From Saprolegnia diclina VS20 (lineage: Eukaryota): a stretch of 64,000 nt of DNA. The position numbers and the translations under genes were made by a program. The DNA is taken from assembly GCF_000281045.1 (NCBI RefSeq), contig NW_008246084.1, positions 405,769-469,768 on the forward strand. Reading direction: 5' to 3'. Positions 23,059-33,822 of the stretch are shown here, one piece after another. Within the stretch, counting starts at the first letter, position 1; each line of letters opens with the position of its first letter. The notes beneath the pieces are model-generated. The model made no database searches. It saw nothing but the letters and a program-made list of their open reading frames with translations, and was not told where the DNA came from.

Positions 23059-23560
23059 ATGACCGAGCTCGCATCAGCGTGGCCCTGGACGTCGGCGCCA
23101 TCTTGGAGACCATCGTCATGTACATGGGTCACCGCGGGACGTTCGCACCTTCCTCGAGGCGCTGCCCGTATCGATGCTTCCGCCGTCGCTGGCCGCGCTC
23201 CTCGAGCTCTTGCGCCACGTCACTTTCTACGACGACTCGCTACGACACATCATTGACTGGATCGCGAGCGCCGAGACATTTGTGGGGGGTGCACTGGACG
23301 CGCTGTGAAGACGCGAGCAACCGCTTCAATTGCTTGGGTCCCGCCATCCGCCGCTGGGTCCTCGCACCGCTGTGAGCTTGGACGCGTGCTACCTCGTCGA
23401 CGTCCACGTAGGAATGCTTGCATCGAGCCTTCGATCCTTGCATGCGCCGTCGCTTTCTTGGATAATCGCACGCAACTATTTCGACCGTCGAGCCGCTCAT
23501 CAAGGCGCTTGCCACGAGCACCAACACCACGATCCTCTCGTCGTCCAAGTGCGATAAAAG
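23059..23560 (+). pseudogene. Decayed, internally deleted copy of a lineage-expanded LRR-like family
   Basis: Fragments in shifting frames: VALDVGAILETIVMYM / DVRTFLEALPVSMLPPSLAALLELL, then LGPAIRRWV / VSLDACYL / VEPLIKALATSTN. These parallel the N- and C-terminal parts of the relic at 26064-27518. Frameshifts and stops are present. Confidence 0.6.
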
Positions 23561-24052
23561 CCGCGGCAAGCTCCTCGCGATGGCCGCTGCGTGTAGTGCT
23601 GCGTCTCGATAGCCCCGGCGCGCAAGGTTGAACGAACCCACAACCCTACTGCTAACTACGCGCTTGCAACCAGGCCCACGCGTTAGCTGCCTAGCCACTG
23701 TGGCGTAATTAGACATTCACAGCATACCTGATACGTCTTCTTCGTTCAAGTGAAGTTGGTGTAGGGTGTTGCATCCGGAATATATTGAATAAATTATTGA
23801 GCTGCCAAGAGGAAGACGAGTAGCACGTTTGGACTCTGTTAGACAACGAACAACGTACATAATTGCAAGATGCGCGCAATTTGACCATGTCGGTCGATCA
23901 GCCTGCGCACGTCTTTTGCAGCCCTGGACTCTCCTTCTCGAACAGCGCTATCGTCTGCCTCATAGTCGTCTTTGCGTAGCTCGTCAAGTTATTCGATGGC
24001 TCGGAGGCGCAAGTGATACAGGAGCTCTCAGTGTCATGACTATAACGCCTAG

Positions 24053-25567
24053 CTATGACGCAAGGGGACAGGCGTACGCCGAGGCCCAGTTGCGGTCAAA
24101 AATGGCTTGGACGGCGGCGATCGCATCCGGGTGGTTGGTGTTGAAGCTTGCCCCCGCCGTGTTGTGAAAGTAGCCCCACTCCATGTTGCTCGTGCCAATG
24201 TTGACGCGCGTGTCCGAGACAATGAACTTGGCGTGGTTCACACGGGTGAAGGGCGGGAACCGCCCTGGCGCTGGCACCGTCTCGTTCCACCCCGGCACCT
24301 CAAACAGTCGAATCTCGACCCGCCCGAGTCCTCGCTACACAACATAGCATTGGTAGTCTCTCAACTATGCGCTCAACTGCTAAGTATTTACCTTGTGGTG
24401 CAGATCGGCTTGGGCTTGGAGCTGCTGGAGGGCTGTCACCATGACAGGTCGCGAGTGTGCCCAGTGACTCACAAGCAGTCGCACGGTGACGTTGCGGGCC
24501 AGGACGACGCTCAAAATGGCGTCGGTGAGCGCAGGCCAGTAGATCGAACCGGACGCGTGCGTCGTAATCGGGTACATGGCAAACGGCAGAAAGTCCATGA
24601 CGCTGAGACTCACCGACGTCGTGGCCGACTGCAGCGTGTAAACAAGCGCGTCTTCGTCGCGGGTTCGAGCCCCGGACGTGGCACTGTCCGGGGAGGCCGA
24701 GAGAAAGACGCCCGATGGCTTGTTGTTGAGCACCGAGTGCAAATTGTGGACCTTGTTGAAGATAGAGCTCATGCTCGCATCGGTAAACGGACTTGGTACG
24801 CGGGACGCCTCGGGTACGTCGTTGGCCCACGGAGGCATGCGAAGCGTGACCTGGAACTTGTCGGAGAAGACGTCGATGGGGGTATAGCGAGCGGCGAGGG
24901 CGGGGTCGCTCCATGCCCACCAGAGCTCAAAGAGACGCTGCATGTCGTCGACGATTGCTGGCGCAGCCTCCAGTACGACGCCAACCTCCATGACCTGCGC
25001 GAGCGACTTCCAGTCCATGTTGGCGCTCCCCAAGTACGCGTGCTGCTTGTCGACGAGCACCATCTTCTGGTGCATGATGCCGCCTCCGTACCAATGCGCC
25101 GCGTCCCAGAGGCGGATGTTCGTGACAAACGACTCGATTTCCGTCGGCTGGAACTGGTCACTCTTGGAGCCGACGACGCGAACCGAGACGTTGCGCTCGA
25201 CGGCGTGGCGCAAGGCGGCGAACACGGCGTGGCCATGGCGAGCGCCAAACGCTTGCAGCTCGTCGTCCGAGTAGATCTTGTGGTCGTCGACGCCCTCGAG
25301 GTTCCAGTACATGGCGAGGATGTCGATCGTCTCCGTCGCCGCGTCGAAGAGCGCTGCGAGCCCATCTGCTGTCGACTTGCTGCCCGGCAGCGGTGCGAGG
25401 TCAAAGCGCCCGATCGGCAGCGTCTCGACGATGCCAATGCGAGCCGGTGACGCCTGCGGCAAGAGAGGCGCCGGCAGCGGGAACCTCCCGGTGCTCCAGA
25501 CGACTGCATCTGCGACGGCGGCGACGACCGCGACAAGGCTCACGGCAGCTGAACGTGCCACCCGCAT
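24053..25567 (-). CDS. Secreted/lysosomal PLD3/PLD4-like phospholipase D superfamily enzyme (two HKD motifs)
   Basis: Signal peptide, IVETLP, MHQKMVLVDKQHAYLGSANMDWKSL...EVGV, SVMDFLP...YWPAL, VRLLVSHW. Intron 24335-24391, then FTRVNHAKFIVSD...IGTSN...YF...IFDRNW.S.YA. Confidence 0.92.
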
Positions 25568-25695
25568 GATGAGGATCTGAAAATGATCTTCTCGCAGTGC
25601 ATCCGGATGACCACAGTGTTACCGGACGCTTTCCAATCTAATACTGTTAGTCATATAATGTAGTATATAGTGTGATATTGAACAACTGGAGATGC

Positions 25696-25734
25696 GATTG
25701 GCTGAATGGTATCGTAACGGTGTTTGATTGGCTG
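25696..25734 (-). promoter_or_regulatory. Two CAGCCAATC (CCAAT-box) elements upstream of the PLD3-like gene
   Basis: GATTGGCTG at 25696-25704 and 25726-25734 on +, 130-165 nt upstream of the minus-strand ATG. Confidence 0.45.
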
Positions 25735-26063
25735 CATTTGGATCCGGAACAGCCACACCGACGCACTCCGCCGACTTCAACACATTCGTCCTAGAGCATT
25801 GCGGTCCAAGAAGAAGATGGCGGTGGTAGGTATCGAAGGGCTTCTTGGGTATGGGCCTCTGGTTGTTGTCGCCCAAGGTCGATGGTTTGTTCGAGGATGT
25901 GCGAGATCCAAGCCATGTCGCTGCTCTTCCTCGCTGCATTCAAGCGGGAGGCGGTGAACTAATGGCTGGTTCGCTCAACGTTTTTCACAATTCTTTACCG
26001 CGCTCAGTTCCAACAACAAATTAGTTACCTGGTATCCAGAATGGTTTACGGTCCTGCCTAGTA

Positions 26064-27518
26064 TCACATTTCGCGAACGGGCCATTTGCGCGCAGACGAC
26101 AGCAGAACGCCGAAGTCAACAAATTCAAGGTCGAGACCATGCGCTGCCGCTACGCTTGTCGCCTTCACGACCTCGATATCGGTTTTAATCAAGACCGAGA
26201 CATTCGTACATGTTGCGAGTGCTTCCACGAGTGCCGGAAAGTTGACGCCATCAAACTCGACTCGGCGCAAGCGCAGAGCTGATACCAGCAACATGACTTT
26301 TTCGCTGTTGCAGTGGCAGGCGCGAAACTCAATGCGGCGGACCCCGTTTTGGAGCCAGCGACTGATGGCGGCGAGGTGCGACGTCGGGCTACGTTCACAC
26401 TCGATCCACTGGATCGATTCGAGGCGAACCGAGCGCGTCGTCAAGCCGAGGATCGCCCGAAAGCCGTCGTCGGAGAAGGTCAGTTGTCGAGCGTGATGGG
26501 CGTAGCTCGGGGCATGTGGCCGCCTGGGCCGGACCGAGCAGACGCATCTGCGAGATCGAAGCCTCCTGAGCGCCACCATCGACGACACCGCGGGCACGAG
26601 GTTTGGAACGGGGTCGCCATCGCCATGCGCAGATAAAGCAGCGGGAAATGGTCGTTGAAGACAGGGCCAGTGGCGAGGTTGAGGGAGAGCGTGTCGAGGG
26701 CTGGCAGGGACTGCAGCACCGCCAAACGACACGCGATGGCTTCATCGTCGAAACCCGAGAGACTCAGCATCGTCAACGCGGAGAGGTCCAGCAACCGAGC
26801 CACATCGCTCACGACAAGGTACATGGCTGAGCACGCATGGAGCTCTGTGAGACGGCGCAGAGGCGTATTGTTGACAATTAATTTGGTCAGAATGCCGTCG
26901 CTTTCGTCGAGGTCCAAGCTTGTTAGCGTCCGCGCTGCCGCCAGCGCCCGCACGAGACGTGGATTGGTCGACGACCAAAAGCCGTAACCCCAAATGGGTA
27001 GCGTGGCTCGATGTCAGCGCCGGCACAACGATGCTGCACGATGAAAATGTGTACAAAAATGAGCTTGGACACGCGGAAGGGCGGTGCCAGCACCGTTGGC
27101 AGCTCGTTGGCTGAGGTAGACACGTTGGTGCACAAGCGCAAGTCCCAAGCTCTCGAATATGCAAATTGTCGTGGGCCTGGTAGTCGAGCTCACCTGATGC
27201 GATTTTGTGGGCGCAAAACAACGAGCGTAAAGTCGTGCGGCCACTGGGCGCTGATGAGAACCCGCGCACCTCGGTCGCCGGAGGTGTCGATGGCACGAAC
27301 CACAACCGGAGTGGCGCGGTCGGGAACTGTATCGAGGCGGAGCACTGGCCACAGATCGCGTGTGGCGTCAGCCGCCCAAAGCTCTTGGAGCGCCACGAGC
27401 GATGATGGCAACTCGGGTATGGCCTTGAGAAAGCTCTCGCCGTCGGTCGGCGATGCCAGGCTCTGAACAGTGTGGGCGAGTGCGACGCTGGTGTAGCACT
27501 TGGGCGCCTGGATGCCAT
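26064..27518 (-). pseudogene. Frameshifted LRR (RNI-like) family gene
   Basis: The ATG 27518 frame differs from the homology-like segment LAHTVQSLASPTDGESFLKAIPELPSSLVALQEL...LWP. LRR-like LTSLDLDES...LTELHA...LTMLSLSGF (26480-26953) and the C-terminal ISRWLQNGVRRIEFRAC...LVEALATC (26064-26732) lie in further frames without convincing introns. Confidence 0.65.
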
Positions 27519-27784
27519 GGCCAAACTGCGGAAAGACTGTGACCAAGATGGTCCTTTACCGTGCTAGTACTGCTGTGCGTCCCGACGCCTGCGCAATGGC
27601 TTTCGCCGGGGGGCTCCGTCGTGTGTCTTGATGGCGGCGCTCGGTGCAGTGGGAGCTACCTACGCGATGAAGCAGCTTCGTCTTAAAACGAAATCAATGC
27701 ATCCTATTTGACAAATCGACACATCGAATTGGAGCATGAATGAGGCCATGGCAGCGGAGCGCGGGGGCGATCGCAAACCGATTT

Positions 27785-27795
27785 GCGCGGGAAAA
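27785..27795 (+). promoter_or_regulatory. E2F-type element (GCGCGGGAAAA) upstream of the SNM1/PSO2 gene
   Basis: Its reverse complement contains the canonical TTTCCCGC. It lies about 100 nt before the ATG of a DNA-repair gene, with CCAAT copies at about 27812 and 27845. Confidence 0.4.
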
Positions 27796-27896
27796 TAGGC
27801 AATATTATTGGCCAATCCACGGCGAGTACGCCATTTATTTTCCACCAATCAGATTGCGTTTGCACCACACTTGATTTCACACTGCAGCGGCGACGC

Positions 27897-30336
27897 ATGA
27901 GCCGGCGCCACCTTCTCTCGCTGCGGGCGATCCCGCAGCCGGCAACGAGCGACGATGACATGATGACGAGGAAGCGGGAAGCGTCTGCTCCATGGACCAA
28001 GCCCGTGGAAGCTGCGAAGGAAGAAGCGATCGCGTTGGCGCAACGGCCTCCGAAGGGTCCCGAAGCCCCATGTCCATCGCCCATGCAGGCAATGCAGCCC
28101 GCAACATGCAAGGTGGCAGAAGCCGAGCCCATGAAATCGCTCGGCGCAAACGACTCGGCTGCGGACTCGCCGGCGACAGAGCCGATCCCAACCACTGTCG
28201 AGGCCGACCAGTCGAGCGACACGACCCTTCCGCTCGACATTGACGAGCTCGAAGACTGCCCGCCCACCCAGCGGGTCGAAGACGACGCTTCAAGGACTTC
28301 GCCATCCTCTTGTGTTGTCGATTTACAAGCAGACGTCGCGTATGACACCAAGATTTCATGCCCATCCTGTGGCAAGAACCTCACGTTCTTCAACGAGGAA
28401 GCGCAAATCCACCACGTCAACGCATGCCTCGACGCGATCCAGCAGTTTGAGCGCAACAAGCGCGACGCAGAGCTCCAGGCGGCGCTGGCTGCCAGCATCG
28501 GCGCGGATCCGACGCCCGACGTGCCCGTCGAGACGTGCAAGGTGTGCGGCGTCTCGTTCACCGACAAGCTGCCGAGACAGCGCATTCAACACACTAAGCA
28601 GTGTGCGAAAAAGTACGGCGTGAGCCTCCAAGCGCTGCTGCAAGCCGAGGTGCACGTCGACGAAGCGCGCATCGACGCGGCGATTGCGTCCCTCCCGCCA
28701 CCGACCAACGCGTTTGACCTGATGATGAACCGGCCCAAGCCAGCAGCCAAGTGCGCCAAGGCGCCCATGCCGCATGCAAGCAACGCGTTCGATCTGCTCA
28801 TGCGGGGCGCGCAGACGTCAGCGATTGTTGCGAAAACGGCCAAGCCCGCGCTCAAGCGCAAGGCCAACGGGTTTGGGACAAAGCCGCGCTACAGCTGCCC
28901 CGACTACAAGAAGATCCAAGGTACTTCGATCCTCGTGGACGGGTTCCAGTACGCGTCCCCGTCGCTCTCCACGACGTACGTTCTCTCGCACTTTCATTCG
29001 GACCACTATGGTGGTCTTGGTCGGGTACGTGTGCAAGTGTCAATGTTTCAATGTTTGGCGTGCGACTAACAGTGAGTGGGTTAGTCGTTTTCAGCGGGCA
29101 TCATCTACTGTACGCCGACGACAGCGCGGCTCGTACAGCTCTGCCTCGGTGTCGACAAGTACGAATTGTCAAAGGTCGATATACTGCAGCTAGGGTACGT
29201 ACGTAGGAAATACTTGCACCCGTTGCCGCTGCACCAGCCGTATCTGCTGGCAGACCACAAGGCGCAGATGACGTTCATTGACGCCAACCACTGCCCGGGG
29301 GCCGCGATCATTTTGTTTCAGTTCCAGTCGGGCAAAACCTTCCTCCATACAGGTGCACGGTGACGCTGTTGGTTCAAACTCGAGTGTTTGTGCGCAGGCG
29401 ATTTCCGCTACGACCCCAGCATGCTGCTCAATAGCTACTTGTCGCCGTTCACAAACCCAACCCAGCGCTTGGACGGCGTGTACCTCGACACGACGTACTG
29501 CGACACACAGCACTGCCACCCGACGCAGGTGCATTTCTTATTCCAACGTACAATGGCTACGATCTGCGTAGGCGGTTGCGATCGCCGAAGCCAAGCGCCT
29601 CGTCGACCTGCATCAAAACGACCGTCCGCTCTTCTTGGTCGGGTCCTACTCGATCGGAAAAGAACGGCTCTTCATGGACGTACGCTCCTGGTATTATGAT
29701 GCCGAGGCGTCACTGCATCTAGGTGGCTGCCCACTTGGACTGCAAGGTGTTTGTTGAACGCGCCAAGCTGTCCCTGCTCTCGTGCTTTGAGTGGCCCGAG
29801 TCTGCGCTCGTACGTCGTCCTTCTTCAAGTCCTTTCGTGGTATGATGGCCTACATAGCGGCGCCTCACGACCGAGTCGTCGACCACCAAGTACGATCTTC
29901 TGTCTGTCTTGTACAACACACAAAGAGCTTTGTAGCTTGCATGTTGTGCCCATGAACCACTTGAACTTTGATGGCATGCGCGCGCTCCTTGCCAAACACC
30001 GACTCCGCTTCCGCAAGGTGATTGCACTCCAGCCGACGGGCTGGACGTTCTCGCGCAAGAAGGGGCCGTCGATTTCATCCAAGCGCACGCAAATGAACGA
30101 CGCGCTCGTCATTTACGGCATTCCGTACAGCGAGCACTCGAGTTTTGACGAACTCTGCGCGTTTACAAAGGCGTTCGACCCGAAAGTGATCATTCCGACG
30201 GTCTCTTCTACTTCGCTCTTAGTCGTTCATGGATCGACTGGAGTAGGTCAACTGTTCCAAGTCGTCCGAGCAAGTTGCGCTGCTCCGGCAAACGTGCTTT
30301 AACAACCTCACGCATCATTTTGCCCCGCAGCCGTAA
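27897..30336 (+). CDS. DNA cross-link repair nuclease SNM1A/PSO2 (DCLRE1A)-like, metallo-beta-lactamase/beta-CASP with N-terminal zinc fingers, multi-exon
   Basis: UBZ-like CPSC...HVNAC and CKVC...HTKQC. YKKIQGTSILVDGF, LSHFHSDHYGGL, IYCTPTTARL, DANHCPGA, LHTGDFR, VYLDTTY, GSYSIGKERL, PTGW, YGIPYSEHSSFDEL, IIPTVN. Stop TAA 30334-30336. Confidence 0.93.
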
Positions 30337-30702
30337 CACCACTTGGTCGCTCTACATGTACTCGACCTACTAGAGCTACCTACTAGACTACTTTTACGTA
30401 TTGCAATCTTTGTCCTTGCCTCTCGTCGCCTCTACGCCCATGGCTATCTCGCGTCTTGGTCGATTGCTTGCTGCCATCAACCTCGGCGGATCACACTACA
30501 GTACACTACGGCCAAGCACTCAAGTCTCAGGCCTCACGAGCCTCGCAGCCAAGGTCCATGAACTTTTAGATCTGGAATGCTGACGGATCGCCCAAGATTC
30601 GAGGTTGAGATTGCACTAGCGCTGGCTTTAGCAATCAAGTTGATGCAACCGTGGGACGTGGCGCGTCGTTTCAGCCAATCGCAAGCGAGTGCAGCTTTTG
30701 CC

Positions 30703-31818
30703 ATGAACGACCATTTCATGCTCTCGAGTTCGCCGCGTGCCAAGCAGCAGCGAGGCCTGCGGCAGTGGTACCTCGGCGACGCCGAGATGGCGCCCAAGCG
30801 CTTCTGCGGCGGGTGGCTCAAGCGCGGGCCGTTCATCTGCCTCCACGCGACCGTCGCCATCATCCTCATCTTGCTCATCGTCATCCCGATCCTCACTGCC
30901 GTCGTTGTGCCGCGCAGCATCCAAACCAAGTTTGCCGCTTCGCTCGCCGGATCGACAGACTCGAGCAAAACCGTCTTTGCCGTGACCAACAACTCGAACG
31001 GCGAGTTCAACGTGACGACGACGATTGCGGCGGCGACCTTTCTGCCGGGTACAGCGACGATCGACGGGCCGTTCACGCTCGCGCTCTCGGACGCCTCGGG
31101 CAAAGGCTGGGCCACCATCACGGTCGCCGACGCGGTCTCGTTTCCGATCAACCACGACGCGACGGTGACGTTCTCGGCGCGCCTTCTGGTCTATGACACC
31201 CCGTCCCCGACTTTGCTGGCGGCTTTTGCCACGTCAAAAGAGCTCGCGACGACCGTCAATACGTCCTGGACGATCCGACTTTGGGGCTTTGTGTGGTACC
31301 GGGATCTCGCGCTGCGTGGCGTGCACACGGTGCGCACAGTTAATTCGTTCAACGCGATGTTTGCGTCGGCGTTTGCTCCCACGTCCGCCGCAACCGCCAA
31401 GACGACCGTCGCCTTTGAGGCCAACGGCGCCAACAACTTTCGCGTCACAACGACGATTGCGCCGCTCTCGACGCTGCCCGGTACGATCACGATCGCGCCG
31501 CCGCTTGTCTTTACGGTCGCCGACTCGACAAACGCGGGCTGGGCCAACGTCAGCTTCTTGGACCCGATCGCACTGCCGCTGTACGCGCCCGCGTCACTGT
31601 CGCTCAATGGACAGCTCAAGGTCTATCGCTTCCCGAGCGCGATCGTAGTGGCGCAGGCGCTGTTGGGTCAAAACGTCACAATGCGCGTCTCAACGGAGGT
31701 GACGGCGTCGCTCTACGGGCGCGTGTGGTACGCGCGTCTGCCTCTCCAAGCCGACGTCGACATCAACTCGCTCCTGGGCGCGACCATCTGGAGCGCGATC
31801 ACGAGCCTCTTGTCATAA
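30703..31818 (+). CDS. Type II membrane protein with two tandem beta-rich (LEA_2/DUF3712-like) repeats, copy 1
   Basis: KRFCG...TM helix...VVVP..IQ.KFA, followed by two similar ~130-aa units (FxVTTTI...LPGT.TI..P...+.D....GWA...WY..L.L). Intronless. The family name is inferred. Confidence 0.7.
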   Translation: MNDHFMLSSSPRAKQQRGLRQWYLGDAEMAPKRFCGGWLKRGPFICLHATVAIILILLIVIPILTAVVVPRSIQTKFAASLAGSTDSSKTVFAVTNNSNGEFNVTTTIAAATFLPGTATIDGPFTLALSDASGKGWATITVADAVSFPINHDATVTFSARLLVYDTPSPTLLAAFATSKELATTVNTSWTIRLWGFVWYRDLALRGVHTVRTVNSFNAMFASAFAPTSAATAKTTVAFEANGANNFRVTTTIAPLSTLPGTITIAPPLVFTVADSTNAGWANVSFLDPIALPLYAPASLSLNGQLKVYRFPSAIVVAQALLGQNVTMRVSTEVTASLYGRVWYARLPLQADVDINSLLGATIWSAITSLLS

Positions 31819-32105
31819 ACGAATGAGCTTTGCATGGAAGTACTTGTGTTCTTGAGGTTCTCGGATAGATGCCACCATGATCCTGTAGTAGAGTCAATAC
31901 AGAGCTGCCAGCTGTACCAGGGGCCAAAGTCCTTGCACTGCGAGGACTTCACCGGCCAAGTGCCCAATATGAAATAGTTTCATGTCGGCGCGCCACGTCA
32001 TTTTGCGACGTTGGCAACGGCCACGATATAATAAAACAACGTCGGTCCCAAAATCTGGTCGGTGAAAATATTGTGTCGCCATAAGATCATATTTTTCTGA
32101 AAGCG

Positions 32106-33370
32106 ATGGACGCGCACCATTTGGACGACGTGGCATCCGTCAAGAGCGGCGAGGGCAACGCCGTTGCGCCATCGCGCTGGATGAAGCTTGTTCAGTGGTA
32201 CATCGCACCGCCGACCGAGACCGCAAACACCAAGCGCTACTGCGGCCGGCGCCTCTCGAAGCGCGGCTGTATTCTCCTGCACGTCGTCGTGCTGCTCGTG
32301 CTGGCGCTAATGAGTATCGGCCTTGTGCTCGTCTACGTCGTTGTGCCGCACATGATTCAAGCCCGCTTCGCGAGCGCCATGGCCCATCCGCTCACGAGCG
32401 AAAGCAGCAATGATACCACGGGCGTCGTTCGGCCCAGCGACGGCACCGCCGACTTTCGCGTGCGCACGACACTGCCGGCACTCCTCTCGATCGGCGGTGG
32501 GTCCTTCCGCATACTAGTACCAGGATGACGACATTGCGTAGGCACCGTCGAGCTCGTCGGTATCTCGACCTACGTCATTGCCGACAAGCGCGGCAAGACG
32601 TGGGCGACGGTCACCATGAGCCCCGTGACCTTTGCAGTGAACGCACCGGCCAACATCTCGGTCGACTTTAACCTTTCGGTTATCGCCACGCCGTCGTCCG
32701 AGGTGCTCGCAACGATGTTTCCCGAGCGGCAACTGGCGCTGCACATTGCAACGAGGTGGACAATCCGGTTCTGGGGCTCGATCTGGTACTCGGAGCTACC
32801 ACTCAGCGGCGTCTACACGCTCTCTCTTCCGCATACGCTCCAAGACCAGTTTGATGCGGTCATTCGCAACCCGCTGTCTCCATCGCCGTCGAGCTCGGGA
32901 GCCAACGTGACGGTCGAGGTGCTCTCGGCCAGCGACGGCAGCTTCCGCCTCAACGCGACCGTGCCCGCGCTCTCGCTGCTTCCAGGTAGGCTCGCTGGTG
33001 CATTGATGACGTCATGTATGTCAATGCAGGGACGATTCGCATCGTCGGGCCCACCGTCATTGTCATTTCGGACCCGCAGAGGACGCCGTTTGGTCATGTG
33101 ACGTTTGAGGCAGTGACGTTGCCGATGGATCGCGTCACGAGACTCTCGGTGACGGGGGCGTGGTCGCTCGTGGGCATGCCGACGGCGTCGGTGCTGCTAA
33201 GCGCCGTCCAATCCAATAGCTTTCGCATGCACGTGGACTCGAACTGGACGATCGAAGCGTGGCACCAGATCTGGTTTGCGCCGCTCGCGCTCCACTCGCA
33301 ATTTGATTTGAACTCGACGACCGGCGCCCAATTTTGGCAACTCGTCCAGTGCAAGCTCTACGTGTGCTAA
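32106..33370 (+). CDS. Paralogue of 30703-31818 (type II membrane protein with two beta-rich repeats), copy 2, with introns
   Basis: QWY...KRYCG..LSKRG.I.LH...TM...VVVP..IQARFA. Repeats FRVRTTLPAL...WTIRFWGSIWY and FRLNATVPAL...WTIEAWHQIWF. Two short introns near 32480-32540 and 32986-33029. Confidence 0.7.
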
Positions 33371-33822
33371 TCCCGAAGCCTCACCACACTTGGTTCTAGT
33401 CGTTCGAGCACATCCATCCACATTTCACATTTCACATTTCACATTCAACAAATGCGACGGGAAAGTTCTGGTACCCTTTGCTTTGGATGATTCGCTGTTG
33501 TGGGGTTGTTCCGTGGTGACGTGGTTCGCGCTGTCGTGGCCGCTGATGCCAGATCCAAGGACGAGTATCCTTCGCAGTGATAGCTCCGCATACACGTCCT
33601 GGACAATACCTTCCACGCGCACACCTGGTGGCCTCACACCAGCGGTGCGACGCTGACTCGCGACAGAGAAGAGTGGCAATGCCGCAATGGCCAAAGCTTG
33701 AACTTGCCTTTTTGGCCAATCATTGACTGGCTATCAAATGCATGGCCAATCAAAAACGGCGAAACGCCAGCTGGCGCTGGCCGTCGCGAGGCGCGATCAA
33801 GCTCATTCTTCCTGCACGAAAA

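Noticed and set aside
24655..24680. GGTTCGAGCCC resembling a tRNA T-loop
   Set aside because: It lies inside the PLD3-like CDS, and no cloverleaf or A-box is evident.
33419..33447. (CATTTCA)n short tandem repeat
   Set aside because: It has only 3-4 copies in a 3' flank and is not telomeric (TTTAGGG-type), so it is an ordinary microsatellite.
33660..33695. ACAGAGAAGA resembling the U6 snRNA ACAGAGA box
   Set aside because: The flanking sequence does not continue the U6 consensus (no TTAGCATGGCCCCTG...).
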